From contig JBHLKY010000027.1 of NCBI GenBank assembly GCA_048886185.1, positions 16,976 through 48,975 of the forward strand: DNA of 32,000 nucleotides, written 5' to 3'. Source of the stretch: Candidatus Hermodarchaeota archaeon (GTDB taxonomy: Archaea > Asgardarchaeota > Heimdallarchaeia > Hodarchaeales > Hodarchaeaceae). The notes beneath the pieces were generated by a model. It was not told where the DNA came from, searched no databases, and saw only the letters and a list, made by a program, of their open reading frames with translations. The position numbers and the translations under genes are program-made. How positions within the stretch are numbered: the stretch's first letter is position 1; each line of letters opens with the position of its first letter. Below are positions 1 through 9,053 of the stretch, one piece after another.

Positions 1-297
1 ATGAAAGAAGTGGCCCGTATCACAAAAAATAGAGGCCGATTTGTGATCCTAGAAGCCACTCCTCCTACCAATTGTTATGTGAGATTTCTTGGTTTATTCT
101 ATTTCAGAAAATTAGCTCCACTATTAGCAAAAGCATTTTTATTAAATTCAAAAGCCTATAATTACCTGGCAGAGAGTATTTCACAATTCCCAAAAGCTTC
201 AGATTTCTCGAAAATAATTAAACAGGCCGGTTGGAAAAGAGTTTATTATTATCCATTATATTTAGGACTCGTTACGATTTTCTTAGCTATCAAATGA
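1..297 (+). CDS. ubiE: UbiE/MenG-family quinone C-methyltransferase, C-terminal part (probably truncated by window start)
   Basis: C-terminal signature EVARITKNRGRFVILE...AYNYLAESISQFP...LGLVTIFLAIK is typical of the UbiE/MenG/COQ5 family; the SAM-binding motif I would lie upstream of the window. Confidence 0.75.
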   Translation: MKEVARITKNRGRFVILEATPPTNCYVRFLGLFYFRKLAPLLAKAFLLNSKAYNYLAESISQFPKASDFSKIIKQAGWKRVYYYPLYLGLVTIFLAIK

Positions 298-316
298 AAA
301 TGCATACCAGGGATAG

Positions 317-1015
317 CTACAATCCAGAAATTTGTTGTTTCAGAAGAGAAAAAAGTTCATCAAATAGTTCATGAAATCGGGGGTTGATTCCATTGATTAA
401 TTTTAGAAAATCGTATAATACACCTAGATTGAGGTTTTCTTCAACAATTAATTCTTCATGTTCTACTAACCAGTTACCCAATACTTTATAGTAGTGTTGT
501 TTAGTTTCTAGCAGTTTTTGTGGGAGCTCGGAATAATCTCTGGGCAAAGAAATATCTAATAAGCCTGCAAGTTTTTTAAATTCATCAAACCGTTCATTAT
601 ATTCAGATATACTAACTTCCTCACTTGAAACGAATAGATTTCGTGCCACTCTTCCGAAGTACTTTACTTTATTTCTCCCATAACGCCCTTTCTGCAGTGC
701 TGTAACAATTTTGATAAATCCCATTTCTTGCAGGGAATCCAAGTGGAAATAAAGATTCGTAGGACTCATAATAATATCTTTTCTTTGCCTCAACAAATCT
801 TTGATTTCTTGCACATTGAGAGCATGTCGTACCGTAGATCTCCCGTCTGGAGACTTATCTTCTATCCCTTCTCTGAGAAGTTTTACAATTTCCCTTTTCA
901 CAGGGTGAGAATAGTACTTATCTTTGGAAACATCAAGATATTTGGAGGAAGGGATCTCATGCCAATGATCAAATAAAACTTGTCGATTTTCAGCCATATT
1001 ATTATCACTTATCAA
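317..1015 (-). CDS. Winged helix-turn-helix (ArsR-like) transcriptional regulator with helical C-terminal domain; start may be ATG at 997
   Basis: HPVKREIVKLL...LNVQEIKDLL...NLYFHLDSLQEMGFIKIV...KVKYFGR pattern of wHTH domains; divergent from the GNAT/AKR cluster. Confidence 0.7.
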   Translation of the reverse strand: MISDNNMAENRQVLFDHWHEIPSSKYLDVSKDKYYSHPVKREIVKLLREGIEDKSPDGRSTVRHALNVQEIKDLLRQRKDIIMSPTNLYFHLDSLQEMGFIKIVTALQKGRYGRNKVKYFGRVARNLFVSSEEVSISEYNERFDEFKKLAGLLDISLPRDYSELPQKLLETKQHYYKVLGNWLVEHEELIVEENLNLGVLYDFLKLINGINPRFHELFDELFSLLKQQISGL

Positions 1016-1189
1016 TTATTTTTATTCTAAAGTTATATTAAGTTCCTTATTTGTATAATATAATTTGATGTTCGCCACAATCGAAAACTATAAATCAATT
1101 TTTACTTTTCTAATATTCCTTGAAACGATACTTTAATTTTCAAGAATTATTTGAAACGTCAGGAAAAAAGTGTTTAGGAGAATTATCAT

Positions 1190-2149
1190 ATGTTAAACGC
1201 AACCTTTTCCATTAGAGATTATCATGAAGAGGATGAAAAGGATCAAGCTGATATTTTTAACAAAGTAATGATCGAAATCGATCCAAATATACTTCCAACT
1301 ACACCAGAAGAGATAAGAATAAGAAATCCCATATATGGAAGTCTCAGAATTGGATATGAGTATGGATCTGAAAATACTAAATTTCTGGAACATTCACAAA
1401 AGGGAATTGTTGGCTATGCTGAATGTTACGGTCGATTAGGATCGTACAATCTTCATTATCCATTAATTCTTAGGAAATATCGGTCAGAGGAAACATTGAA
1501 TTTACTTTTTAAAGCAAATTATGATTTAGCAAGATCAAAGAACGCAAACAGGATCCATTCAACTTATAACAGCAAATATGAGGAAATTCATGAGTTCCTA
1601 AGGAATCAAAAAACTGCTCCAATAAAATCAATTAATGAAAACAGGCGTTTAGTCATTCAAACTGACAGACTAAACTACCAACTTACAGGTTTTAAGTTTG
1701 TATCTTTCACACCTAATAAAATTGGAGAACTTATAGATTTTAGATACTCCAAAGAGGGTATTGTTGGTCGAGATCTATCTAAAGAGGAATTGTATCTAGG
1801 ATTCGAGTCAGGTAAATATTCTCCAGAAAATTCAACCTTAGTTTATAAAAATGATACATTATTAGCTTGGTGGAGCGTAGGTATTAATAATCCTCCATAC
1901 GATTATGATAAATTGCTGAAATATTCCATTGGAGTATTAAACGAGTTAGCAATTGATACTAATTATGAAAATCTGACAGAATTGCGTAAAGCAACATTTA
2001 AAGCTGGATATAAATTCCTTAAAACAAAAGAAATCCCAGAATTTCGTATATGGGCTTCTTGTGAAGGACAGTTTTACAAAGAGTCGGAGAAGTATGGGTT
2101 TTCTCCTACTGGAGAAGGGGAATTTGAGTATATATATGAAGATAATTAG
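1190..2149 (+). CDS. Hypothetical protein, probably tandem GNAT (acetyltransferase-like) fold
   Basis: 319-aa ORF with GGAG RBS; N-terminal IRDYHEEDE, IVGYAE and C-terminal FYKESEKYGF segments resemble GNAT motifs. Confidence 0.45.
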   Translation: MLNATFSIRDYHEEDEKDQADIFNKVMIEIDPNILPTTPEEIRIRNPIYGSLRIGYEYGSENTKFLEHSQKGIVGYAECYGRLGSYNLHYPLILRKYRSEETLNLLFKANYDLARSKNANRIHSTYNSKYEEIHEFLRNQKTAPIKSINENRRLVIQTDRLNYQLTGFKFVSFTPNKIGELIDFRYSKEGIVGRDLSKEELYLGFESGKYSPENSTLVYKNDTLLAWWSVGINNPPYDYDKLLKYSIGVLNELAIDTNYENLTELRKATFKAGYKFLKTKEIPEFRIWASCEGQFYKESEKYGFSPTGEGEFEYIYEDN

Positions 2150-2170
2150 GAATGGAACAATCAGAGGTTA

Positions 2171-3166
2171 TTGAAATTGTACAAAAGAAAGTTTGGTAAG
2201 AGTAACATTACAGTTAGTGCCATTGGAATGGGTTGTTTTGCCATCGGAGGCCCATTTAAAGGTAAAAATGGAAATTTCTTCGCATATGGTTCTGTAGATG
2301 ATGAAGAATCAAAAAGAGTAATTCATAAAGCAATTGAGTTAGGAGTGAATTTTTTCGATACTGCTGATATATATGGATTTGGACGCTCAGAACGAATCTT
2401 AGGATCAGTTCTCTCTGAATACAATCGCAATGATATGGTGATTGCAACAAAATTTGCCAACGAATTCGATGAAGTTAAAAAAATTTCCATTGGAAAGAAT
2501 GTTGATCCTGATTACATCCGTAAAGCGCTAGAGGCAAGTTGTAAAAGATTGCAAACTGACTTTATTGATCTATATCAGCTCCATGACAGTGATCATGATA
2601 TTGAAAACGCAAAGAATGTTATGAATACACTTGAGGATTTAGTTGCAGAGGGTCGAATAGGGGGTTATGGATGGAGTACCGATGACGTTGAGCGAGCTAA
2701 GGTTTTTGCAGAGGGAAAGAATTGTACAGCTATTCAATACGCCATTCATATCACCCGAAACAATCCCAAAATGATTGAATTATGTGAAAAATATAATTTA
2801 GTCGGTGTCATCCGATCTCCACTAGGGAGTGGGACGTTAACAGGTAAGTACTCCAAAGAATATATGCAAAATTTAGACAAGAATCATATGTGGTATGGAC
2901 GAGAATTTATCGCTGAAGAATGGTTTATTAAAAGACAGAAGAAACTAGAAGAGTTAAGTGAACTACTCAGTGGAGAGGATTTGACGTTAATTCAGGCGTT
3001 GTTGAGTTATTTATGGAGTACAAGTGAAACAACAGTTCCTATTCCAGGTGCTAAAACACTATCCCAAATCAAGGAAAATGCTGCAATACTAGAACTTGGT
3101 CCTTTAAAATCGGATTTATTACAGTCTATGACCAATATTTTTGAAGAAATTAGGACTTATGTTTAA
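2171..3166 (+). CDS. Aldo/keto reductase
   Basis: VSAIGMGC, FFDTADIYG (Asp, Tyr), IATKF (Lys), LYQLHD (His), PIPGAKT; TTG start after GAGG. Confidence 0.93.
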   Translation: MKLYKRKFGKSNITVSAIGMGCFAIGGPFKGKNGNFFAYGSVDDEESKRVIHKAIELGVNFFDTADIYGFGRSERILGSVLSEYNRNDMVIATKFANEFDEVKKISIGKNVDPDYIRKALEASCKRLQTDFIDLYQLHDSDHDIENAKNVMNTLEDLVAEGRIGGYGWSTDDVERAKVFAEGKNCTAIQYAIHITRNNPKMIELCEKYNLVGVIRSPLGSGTLTGKYSKEYMQNLDKNHMWYGREFIAEEWFIKRQKKLEELSELLSGEDLTLIQALLSYLWSTSETTVPIPGAKTLSQIKENAAILELGPLKSDLLQSMTNIFEEIRTYV

Positions 3167-3215
3167 TCAGTGAAAACTAGACAATTAAACTCACTTTGAA
3201 AGGATAGATATTTAG

Positions 3216-4298
3216 ATGAAGTTTCGAAAATTAGGAAAAAGCGGAATGCACGTTTCCATAATTAGTTTTGGTACAATGGCTTATGGAGGAGCGCAATATA
3301 AATTCACAGAAAATCCTGTTTCTAAAACAGATGGTTTAAAATGCCTTGAAAAGGCAGTAGACCTAGGTGTCAACTATATTGACTGTGCTGATATATATGG
3401 AGCATTTGGGGAAGCTGAAAGAATCATTGGTGAATTCATTCAAGAATATGATCGTTCAAACTTTATTATCAGTAGTAAAGTCATGTTTCCGATGAGTAAG
3501 AATGCAAACGACCGAGGACTTAGTAAAAAGCATATCCATGAATCAATAAATAAAACTCTAAAACGGCTTAATACTGACTATCTTGATCTATACTACTGTC
3601 ATCGATATGATTTTGCAACACCTATTGAAGAAACTGTAAATGCAATGAATGATTTAATCGAACAAGGGAAAATACTTCATTGGGCAACATCAAATTGGAG
3701 AGCAGTTCAATTAGAACGCACTTTTGGTATCACGAATAGATTAGGATTAAGAGCTCCTGTATGTGATCAAACTAAGTATAATATGTTTCAGAGGTATGCA
3801 GTGGAAGTTGAATTACCTTATACTGCTGATTATCATAGCTTGGGTATTGTTGCTTACCGTGTACTAGCTGAAAAATTGTTAACAGGAAAATATAGTTCTT
3901 TAGATCTTGAAGATCTTCCCGTAGAAGACAAGAAAAATTTTTCCAGCTACATAGAGAAAGATTCTCAAATAATGGAAAAAACCAAGAAACTCTCTGAATT
4001 AGCCCAAGAACTAGACATTTCCCTACCTCAACTTGTTCTCGCTTGGACGATGCAAATTCCCCTTGTTGACACAGTTTTAATGAGTACAAGGAATCCTGAT
4101 CGTGTTGAGGAAAACATTCAATCAATAGACATCAAATTAGATTCTGAAATTTGTGAAAAAATTGAATCTTTCTTAAATAATCGACCTATACCAATTAGAA
4201 GAGGTGTAACCGAATCATATGTTGATTTTATCAATTTTGTTCGTCAAAATCCTTTAGCAGAAGTTGGTAAATTCCCTCCAGACCCACATGAATTTTAA
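3216..4298 (+). CDS. Aldo/keto reductase (Kv-beta/YajO-like subgroup)
   Basis: MKFRKLGKSG, DCADIYG, SSKV, GLSKKHI, YYCHRYD, TPIEET motifs. Confidence 0.93.
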   Translation: MKFRKLGKSGMHVSIISFGTMAYGGAQYKFTENPVSKTDGLKCLEKAVDLGVNYIDCADIYGAFGEAERIIGEFIQEYDRSNFIISSKVMFPMSKNANDRGLSKKHIHESINKTLKRLNTDYLDLYYCHRYDFATPIEETVNAMNDLIEQGKILHWATSNWRAVQLERTFGITNRLGLRAPVCDQTKYNMFQRYAVEVELPYTADYHSLGIVAYRVLAEKLLTGKYSSLDLEDLPVEDKKNFSSYIEKDSQIMEKTKKLSELAQELDISLPQLVLAWTMQIPLVDTVLMSTRNPDRVEENIQSIDIKLDSEICEKIESFLNNRPIPIRRGVTESYVDFINFVRQNPLAEVGKFPPDPHEF

Positions 4299-4320
4299 TT
4301 ATTGTTATGAAGGTTTTCAA

Positions 4321-5322
4321 ATGAAATATAGAAAAATGGGAAAACATGGAATAAAACTCTCAGAAATCAGCATTGGCACGATGTATCATGGCTCATACAT
4401 CAAGAAAGAAGCAGCCATGGCATGTTTAACCGAAGCATTGAATCAAGGTATTAATTTCATCGATTGTGCTGACAGATATGGTATTATGGATTCAGAACTC
4501 CCCATTGATCAACGTACAAGAGCTGAAATAATACTGGGAGAATTCTTGCTAGATCAAAACCGAGACGATTTAGTAATTAGCACTAAAGTATTCAAACAAC
4601 TACGTGAAAGCCCAAATAGTGGAGGCCTGTCACGTAAACATATTAAAGAATCAATTCACGACTCATTGAAGTATTTACAAACAGATTATGTTGATATCTA
4701 CTTTTGTCACCGACCCGATCGTGGTACTCCTTTAGAAGAAACGATTCTGACAATGACCAATCTAATAGAAGAAGGATCTGTTCATTATTGGGGAACTAGT
4801 TGGTGGCCTCCATTTCTTGTGGAGAGAACGATTGGAATCGCAAAAGAAAGTGGATTAATACCTCCTGCGGTTGAAGAACCTCCTTATCACATGAATGCCC
4901 GCTTCATAGAAGTTGAGCTTTTGGATGTAGCCAAGTATCATGGTTTAGGAATTACGGCTTTTGAAGCTCTTTCTGGTGGATTATATACTGGAAAGTATTT
5001 GAATGGATTTCCAAGGGACAGTCGTTTTTCCATTGATGCTATAAAGAAAGATCTTCCAAAGAATTTGTTTGAAAAACGTAGAATTCAGCTATTGAAGTTA
5101 CTAGAAGTAGCTGGATCCATCGATATACCTTTGAGTCAATTAGCACTAGCTTGGGTTCTCCGAAAACCTGAGATTACTTCAACTATTATGGGAGCTACCA
5201 AACCTGAACAAGTGATTGAAAATGCTGCTGCAAGTGAGGTAAAGCTTAATGAAGAAAAATTAGAGATGATTGAAAAGATCCTAGATAACAAACCAACTAC
5301 TCCTTTTAGACAATGGGGTTGA
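4321..5322 (+). CDS. Aldo/keto reductase (Kv-beta/YajO-like subgroup); start placed at ATG 4321 rather than 4264
   Basis: MKYRKMGKHG N-terminus parallels the upstream paralog; DCADRY, STKV, GLSRKHI, FCHRPD, TPLEET, IMGATKPEQ. Confidence 0.93.
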   Translation: MKYRKMGKHGIKLSEISIGTMYHGSYIKKEAAMACLTEALNQGINFIDCADRYGIMDSELPIDQRTRAEIILGEFLLDQNRDDLVISTKVFKQLRESPNSGGLSRKHIKESIHDSLKYLQTDYVDIYFCHRPDRGTPLEETILTMTNLIEEGSVHYWGTSWWPPFLVERTIGIAKESGLIPPAVEEPPYHMNARFIEVELLDVAKYHGLGITAFEALSGGLYTGKYLNGFPRDSRFSIDAIKKDLPKNLFEKRRIQLLKLLEVAGSIDIPLSQLALAWVLRKPEITSTIMGATKPEQVIENAAASEVKLNEEKLEMIEKILDNKPTTPFRQWG

Positions 5323-5350
5323 TATTTTAGATTAGTAATGTTGAGGTATT

Positions 5351-5722
5351 ATGATGTTAGAAATCGCCATGAATCAAATCAATGTCTCCAATCTTGAGGA
5401 GGCAATCACTTGGTATACTGAAATATTAGGATTTGAAGTTTCAAAAGATCATTATTACCCTCCACAAGCTGTGGATTTAGTTCAAAAGGGTAGGATTCGT
5501 TTATTATTATATAAAGTTGATAAAACAACAGAAATTGACTATCCTAATGAAGCTCAATCGGTTATTATCTTCAAAACGAATGATTTAAACAAAATAATGA
5601 AAGATTATAGAAAAAAAGGGGTTAAATTTATCTATCCCGAAGCAATAGAATTCCCTGCAGGCATTTTTAATGCTTTTAAAGATCCTTATGGGAATGTACA
5701 TGAAATTGTACAATTTCGCTAA
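5351..5722 (+). CDS. VOC (glyoxalase/bleomycin-resistance) family protein
   Basis: INVSNLEEAITWYTEILGF...FKDPYGNVHEI; GAGG RBS. Confidence 0.88.
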   Translation: MMLEIAMNQINVSNLEEAITWYTEILGFEVSKDHYYPPQAVDLVQKGRIRLLLYKVDKTTEIDYPNEAQSVIIFKTNDLNKIMKDYRKKGVKFIYPEAIEFPAGIFNAFKDPYGNVHEIVQFR

Positions 5723-5736
5723 TCTTTCTTTTTATT
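5723..5736 (+). terminator. T-rich archaeal-type terminator after the GNAT-AKR-VOC cluster
   Basis: TCTTTCTTTTTA immediately after the stop codon. Confidence 0.4.
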
Positions 5737-5905
5737 ATACTACTCTTTAAACATGTTATTCACATTCCTTTGAAACGCCATATTTTGTTGATTCTTTCAA
5801 TAATATTAGAGTACTCTCTTCAAGAAAGCCGTTAATGGTAATCCGTGAGCTCTCAACTAAAGAAAACAAAAAATAGACAGAGATATCAAGGATTTTTGAT
5901 AGTTT

Positions 5906-7108
5906 ATGAAGCATAATAATAATATGTTAATCTATCTTGGAACTGCTTTTCTTGCTCTTGGACAATCTTTCTCCCGAGGGAATTTTCCCTCCTATGTTGA
6001 AGTCTTGGGAGGAACTATTGTCAATTATGGTTTCATTCAATCAATGCAAATGTTCTCTAATCTCTTATTTCTTTTTCCAGCTGCATTTCTAGCTGATAGG
6101 TTAGGTCATAGACGATTGGTGCTAAGTGGTACTATTATTTACGCGTTATCCTATTTCATTATTGCTTTTACCCCTCAGTGGGAATATTTATTATTAGGAG
6201 GATTTGGTGTTGGACTTGGTCAAGGAATGATCGAGCCATCTCAAATCGCGATTCTCGCTCATAATAATCCAACTGATAGGATTAAAGTATTCACTAAGAA
6301 TGAAACCATGCGATGGGGTAGCTTAGCTGTGGGGTATTTTTTATCTTCTTTTTTCTTTATTCTGTTCCAAAATGAATTTTCTCACGCAAACCTCCAATTG
6401 ACAATGATCGTGACTTTCCTTGTTACTACTGTAGCAATTATTCCTTTCATTTTATTAGTAAATGCTGAAGAGTGGAGAAATAATGTTGAATCTCAACCCA
6501 AAGTTGATCTAAAAATGATGATTAGAAGTCCTGAAGGAATGTATATTGTTGGCTTTCTCGTCATATCTCTTATGATTGGATTTGGAGCTGGATTTCTAGT
6601 TCCCTTTACTCAACCTTATTTCGTTAAACGATTTCTCCTTGGTCCATCCGAAGTTAACTTTATTATGGGAACAGCTCAAATTCTAACTGCAATATTTATG
6701 GGGATGGTTCCATTATTATCAATTAAATTAGGCAGTAATGCTAAGGTGATTTATTTAACACAGGGAATATCCATCCCTCTAATACTAATTCTAGCCTATA
6801 GTTCATTTCTACCATTGTCATTATTTGCATTTTTGTTTAGAATTGTACTTATGAACATGAGTAGTCCAGCTCAAACAACAATCGTACAAGAATATATTCC
6901 AGAAGCATTTCGTGCACGTATTCAATCGTTAATGCGAGTTACTGACAGGGTGGGACGAGGTTTTAGTCCTTCGATAAGTGCGGTCATGATTGATGAAACA
7001 AATGACTTCTATTTCTCATTCACAATAACTGCTGTAATGTACACAGCTGCGGTATCAACACTCTTCTTATTAACAAGAAACCTTAAGAAAAAACTACAAT
7101 TAAATTGA
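5906..7108 (+). CDS. Major facilitator superfamily transporter
   Basis: About 12 hydrophobic segments; motif A-like AAFLADRLGHRR. Confidence 0.9.
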   Translation: MKHNNNMLIYLGTAFLALGQSFSRGNFPSYVEVLGGTIVNYGFIQSMQMFSNLLFLFPAAFLADRLGHRRLVLSGTIIYALSYFIIAFTPQWEYLLLGGFGVGLGQGMIEPSQIAILAHNNPTDRIKVFTKNETMRWGSLAVGYFLSSFFFILFQNEFSHANLQLTMIVTFLVTTVAIIPFILLVNAEEWRNNVESQPKVDLKMMIRSPEGMYIVGFLVISLMIGFGAGFLVPFTQPYFVKRFLLGPSEVNFIMGTAQILTAIFMGMVPLLSIKLGSNAKVIYLTQGISIPLILILAYSSFLPLSLFAFLFRIVLMNMSSPAQTTIVQEYIPEAFRARIQSLMRVTDRVGRGFSPSISAVMIDETNDFYFSFTITAVMYTAAVSTLFLLTRNLKKKLQLN

Positions 7109-7181
7109 TCTATTGATACTTGTCGCCAAAAATTATACTTAAGGGAAAATTAATTGATTTAGTACGGGTATGAGCTGAAAT

Positions 7182-7742
7182 ATGATGGTTCGATCTTTCA
7201 TATGTGTAGAAATTAATGACAATGAAATTGTTCACCAAATAGAAGAAATACTCACAAGAATTAGATTTAGTGGAGTTCGTTCGGTTAAATCTTCTCAATT
7301 ACATCTTACATTAAAATTTTTAGGAGAAGTTCAAGAATCTCGTGTTGAATCGATAAAAGAAGCGATTCAAACTATTAAAATTCCTCCTTTCGAGATTACA
7401 TTACGAGGAATTGGCTGTTTTCCCAACCTTAATTACATCCGTGTTGTATGGATTGGAATAAAAGAAGGGAGTGATAATCTTAGGCAGCTTGCCCAGATGA
7501 TTGAGGAAAAATTGAATCAGATAGGATTCCCACGAGAAAAAAGAGGTTTTTCTCCTCATCTAACCTTAGCTCGTGTTAAAAAGTTGTCAAACACAGATAA
7601 ACGGAAGTTAACAGAAATAATTCAAAATTCGAGTGAATTATCCATCGGTATTCAAACGATAGAAAAATTTATTCTCAAAAAAAGCACATTAACACCAAAA
7701 GGTCCAATCTATGAAAATTTATCTGTTATCCCGATGGAGTAA
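7182..7742 (+). CDS. thpR: RNA 2',3'-cyclic phosphodiesterase (2H phosphoesterase)
   Basis: RSFICVEI, two HxT motifs (HLTLKFLG, PHLTLAR), C-terminal STLTPKGPIYE. Confidence 0.92.
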   Translation: MMVRSFICVEINDNEIVHQIEEILTRIRFSGVRSVKSSQLHLTLKFLGEVQESRVESIKEAIQTIKIPPFEITLRGIGCFPNLNYIRVVWIGIKEGSDNLRQLAQMIEEKLNQIGFPREKRGFSPHLTLARVKKLSNTDKRKLTEIIQNSSELSIGIQTIEKFILKKSTLTPKGPIYENLSVIPME

Positions 7743-7813
7743 TAGTTCTTGATAAGGGCTGCTTTCATAGGAAGATTTTTATTATCTTTTAATTTAATAA
7801 GGAAGACAACAAG

Positions 7814-7837
7814 TATATGGGGAATTTTCCACATATA
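7814..7837. promoter_or_regulatory. 24-bp imperfect palindrome, candidate operator upstream of plsC
   Basis: TATATG-G-GGAA-TT-TTCC-A-CATATA (10 of 11 arm positions pair), located downstream of a TATA-like TTTAATAA at 7793-7800. Confidence 0.4.
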
Positions 7838-7872
7838 GCCCTTCTACTCATGACATTACATGGGATCGAAAA

Positions 7873-8829
7873 ATGGCTTCAGACATCTCTAATTTAAAAT
7901 ACGGAGCCATAAGAAAAGCAGTTCAGTTTTCCGCACTTTTTGGTTATCGGTTGATCATTGAAGGAAAGGAAAAACTAATTGATAACATCAATGATCTTCG
8001 AGAGGGTGTTATCTTTGCTGGAAATCATGAAAGTGTAATTGATGCTTTTCTGATGGGATTAACAGTACCATCGGAAATGAAAGAGAAAAGAATTTATTTT
8101 CTAGGTAGAAAAAGTGCACTTTGGCGTAATCGTTTTTGGGGTACAATGATGGACTACTTTGGAGTCATTCCAGTGATGAAGAGAGGTAACCAAGAAGCGA
8201 TTAGAAGAGGAATTGATGTTCTGCAACACAATCAAGCATTAGGTATTTTTCCCGAGGGACATATCCGATATTCCCAAAAAGAACTAGAGGGGAAAGTAGG
8301 GGTTGCCCGCTTTGCATTTGAGACTGATTCACCTGTTGTACCTGTAGGAATAATTGGAACAGATGGAATTTTACCTTATGGAGGAAATTGGCCCTCTCCT
8401 GGTAAAAAAGTCACCTTAAGAATTGGAAATCCAATCTTTCTCCATACTTATAGTCAAAAAGATGTATTCAATCCTTATGCCCTTCGAGCTGCAACTGATG
8501 TTATTATGCATGAAATTCGTGAGTTATCGCAGGGCTATGGAATTCCTCCAAACGAGGCTCATAATTTACGATGTATGGAAGGAATTACTGAGATGATAAC
8601 TCCTCCCAAGTGGCTTTTAAAAAAGAAAAAAATAGTGAGCGAATGGACCGAGAGAAGAAAAAGGAAAAAAATTATTGATTCCTTTGAGGACTGGCTAAAT
8701 AGCGTTCCCCAACCAAAACAGAAGAAAAAACGAGTGAAGATCCAGAAAGAAAAGATCTTATCACAGGAATTGGATTATGAATCAACTCCAACGGACCAAT
8801 TTTTAAAATGGTTGGATGAACAGTTATAG
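7873..8829 (+). CDS. plsC: Lysophospholipid (1-acyl-glycerol-3-phosphate) acyltransferase family protein with basic C-terminal tail
   Basis: HX4D motif NHESVID, FPEG, VVPVGIIGT, V.LRIGNPI motifs of the PlsC family. Confidence 0.85.
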   Translation: MASDISNLKYGAIRKAVQFSALFGYRLIIEGKEKLIDNINDLREGVIFAGNHESVIDAFLMGLTVPSEMKEKRIYFLGRKSALWRNRFWGTMMDYFGVIPVMKRGNQEAIRRGIDVLQHNQALGIFPEGHIRYSQKELEGKVGVARFAFETDSPVVPVGIIGTDGILPYGGNWPSPGKKVTLRIGNPIFLHTYSQKDVFNPYALRAATDVIMHEIRELSQGYGIPPNEAHNLRCMEGITEMITPPKWLLKKKKIVSEWTERRKRKKIIDSFEDWLNSVPQPKQKKKRVKIQKEKILSQELDYESTPTDQFLKWLDEQL

Positions 8830-9053
8830 CTCAATTGTTTGAAACTCTCCTTTTCAGCTTAATTGAAGGGTGGAAGTTAGTAGAATTTCGTTTCATCATA
8901 TATGGAAATTTCTCTTTTGGATTAGTTGGATTAATCAGTGTATTCATTGCTTTACGATGGACTTTTTTCCCAACTCTAATTTTTGCAGTTATAGTAAAGC
9001 CTACAGATTATTCAGCCTGTCTTGCTTCTTTTGTTATAGTAATTAAAAACTTT

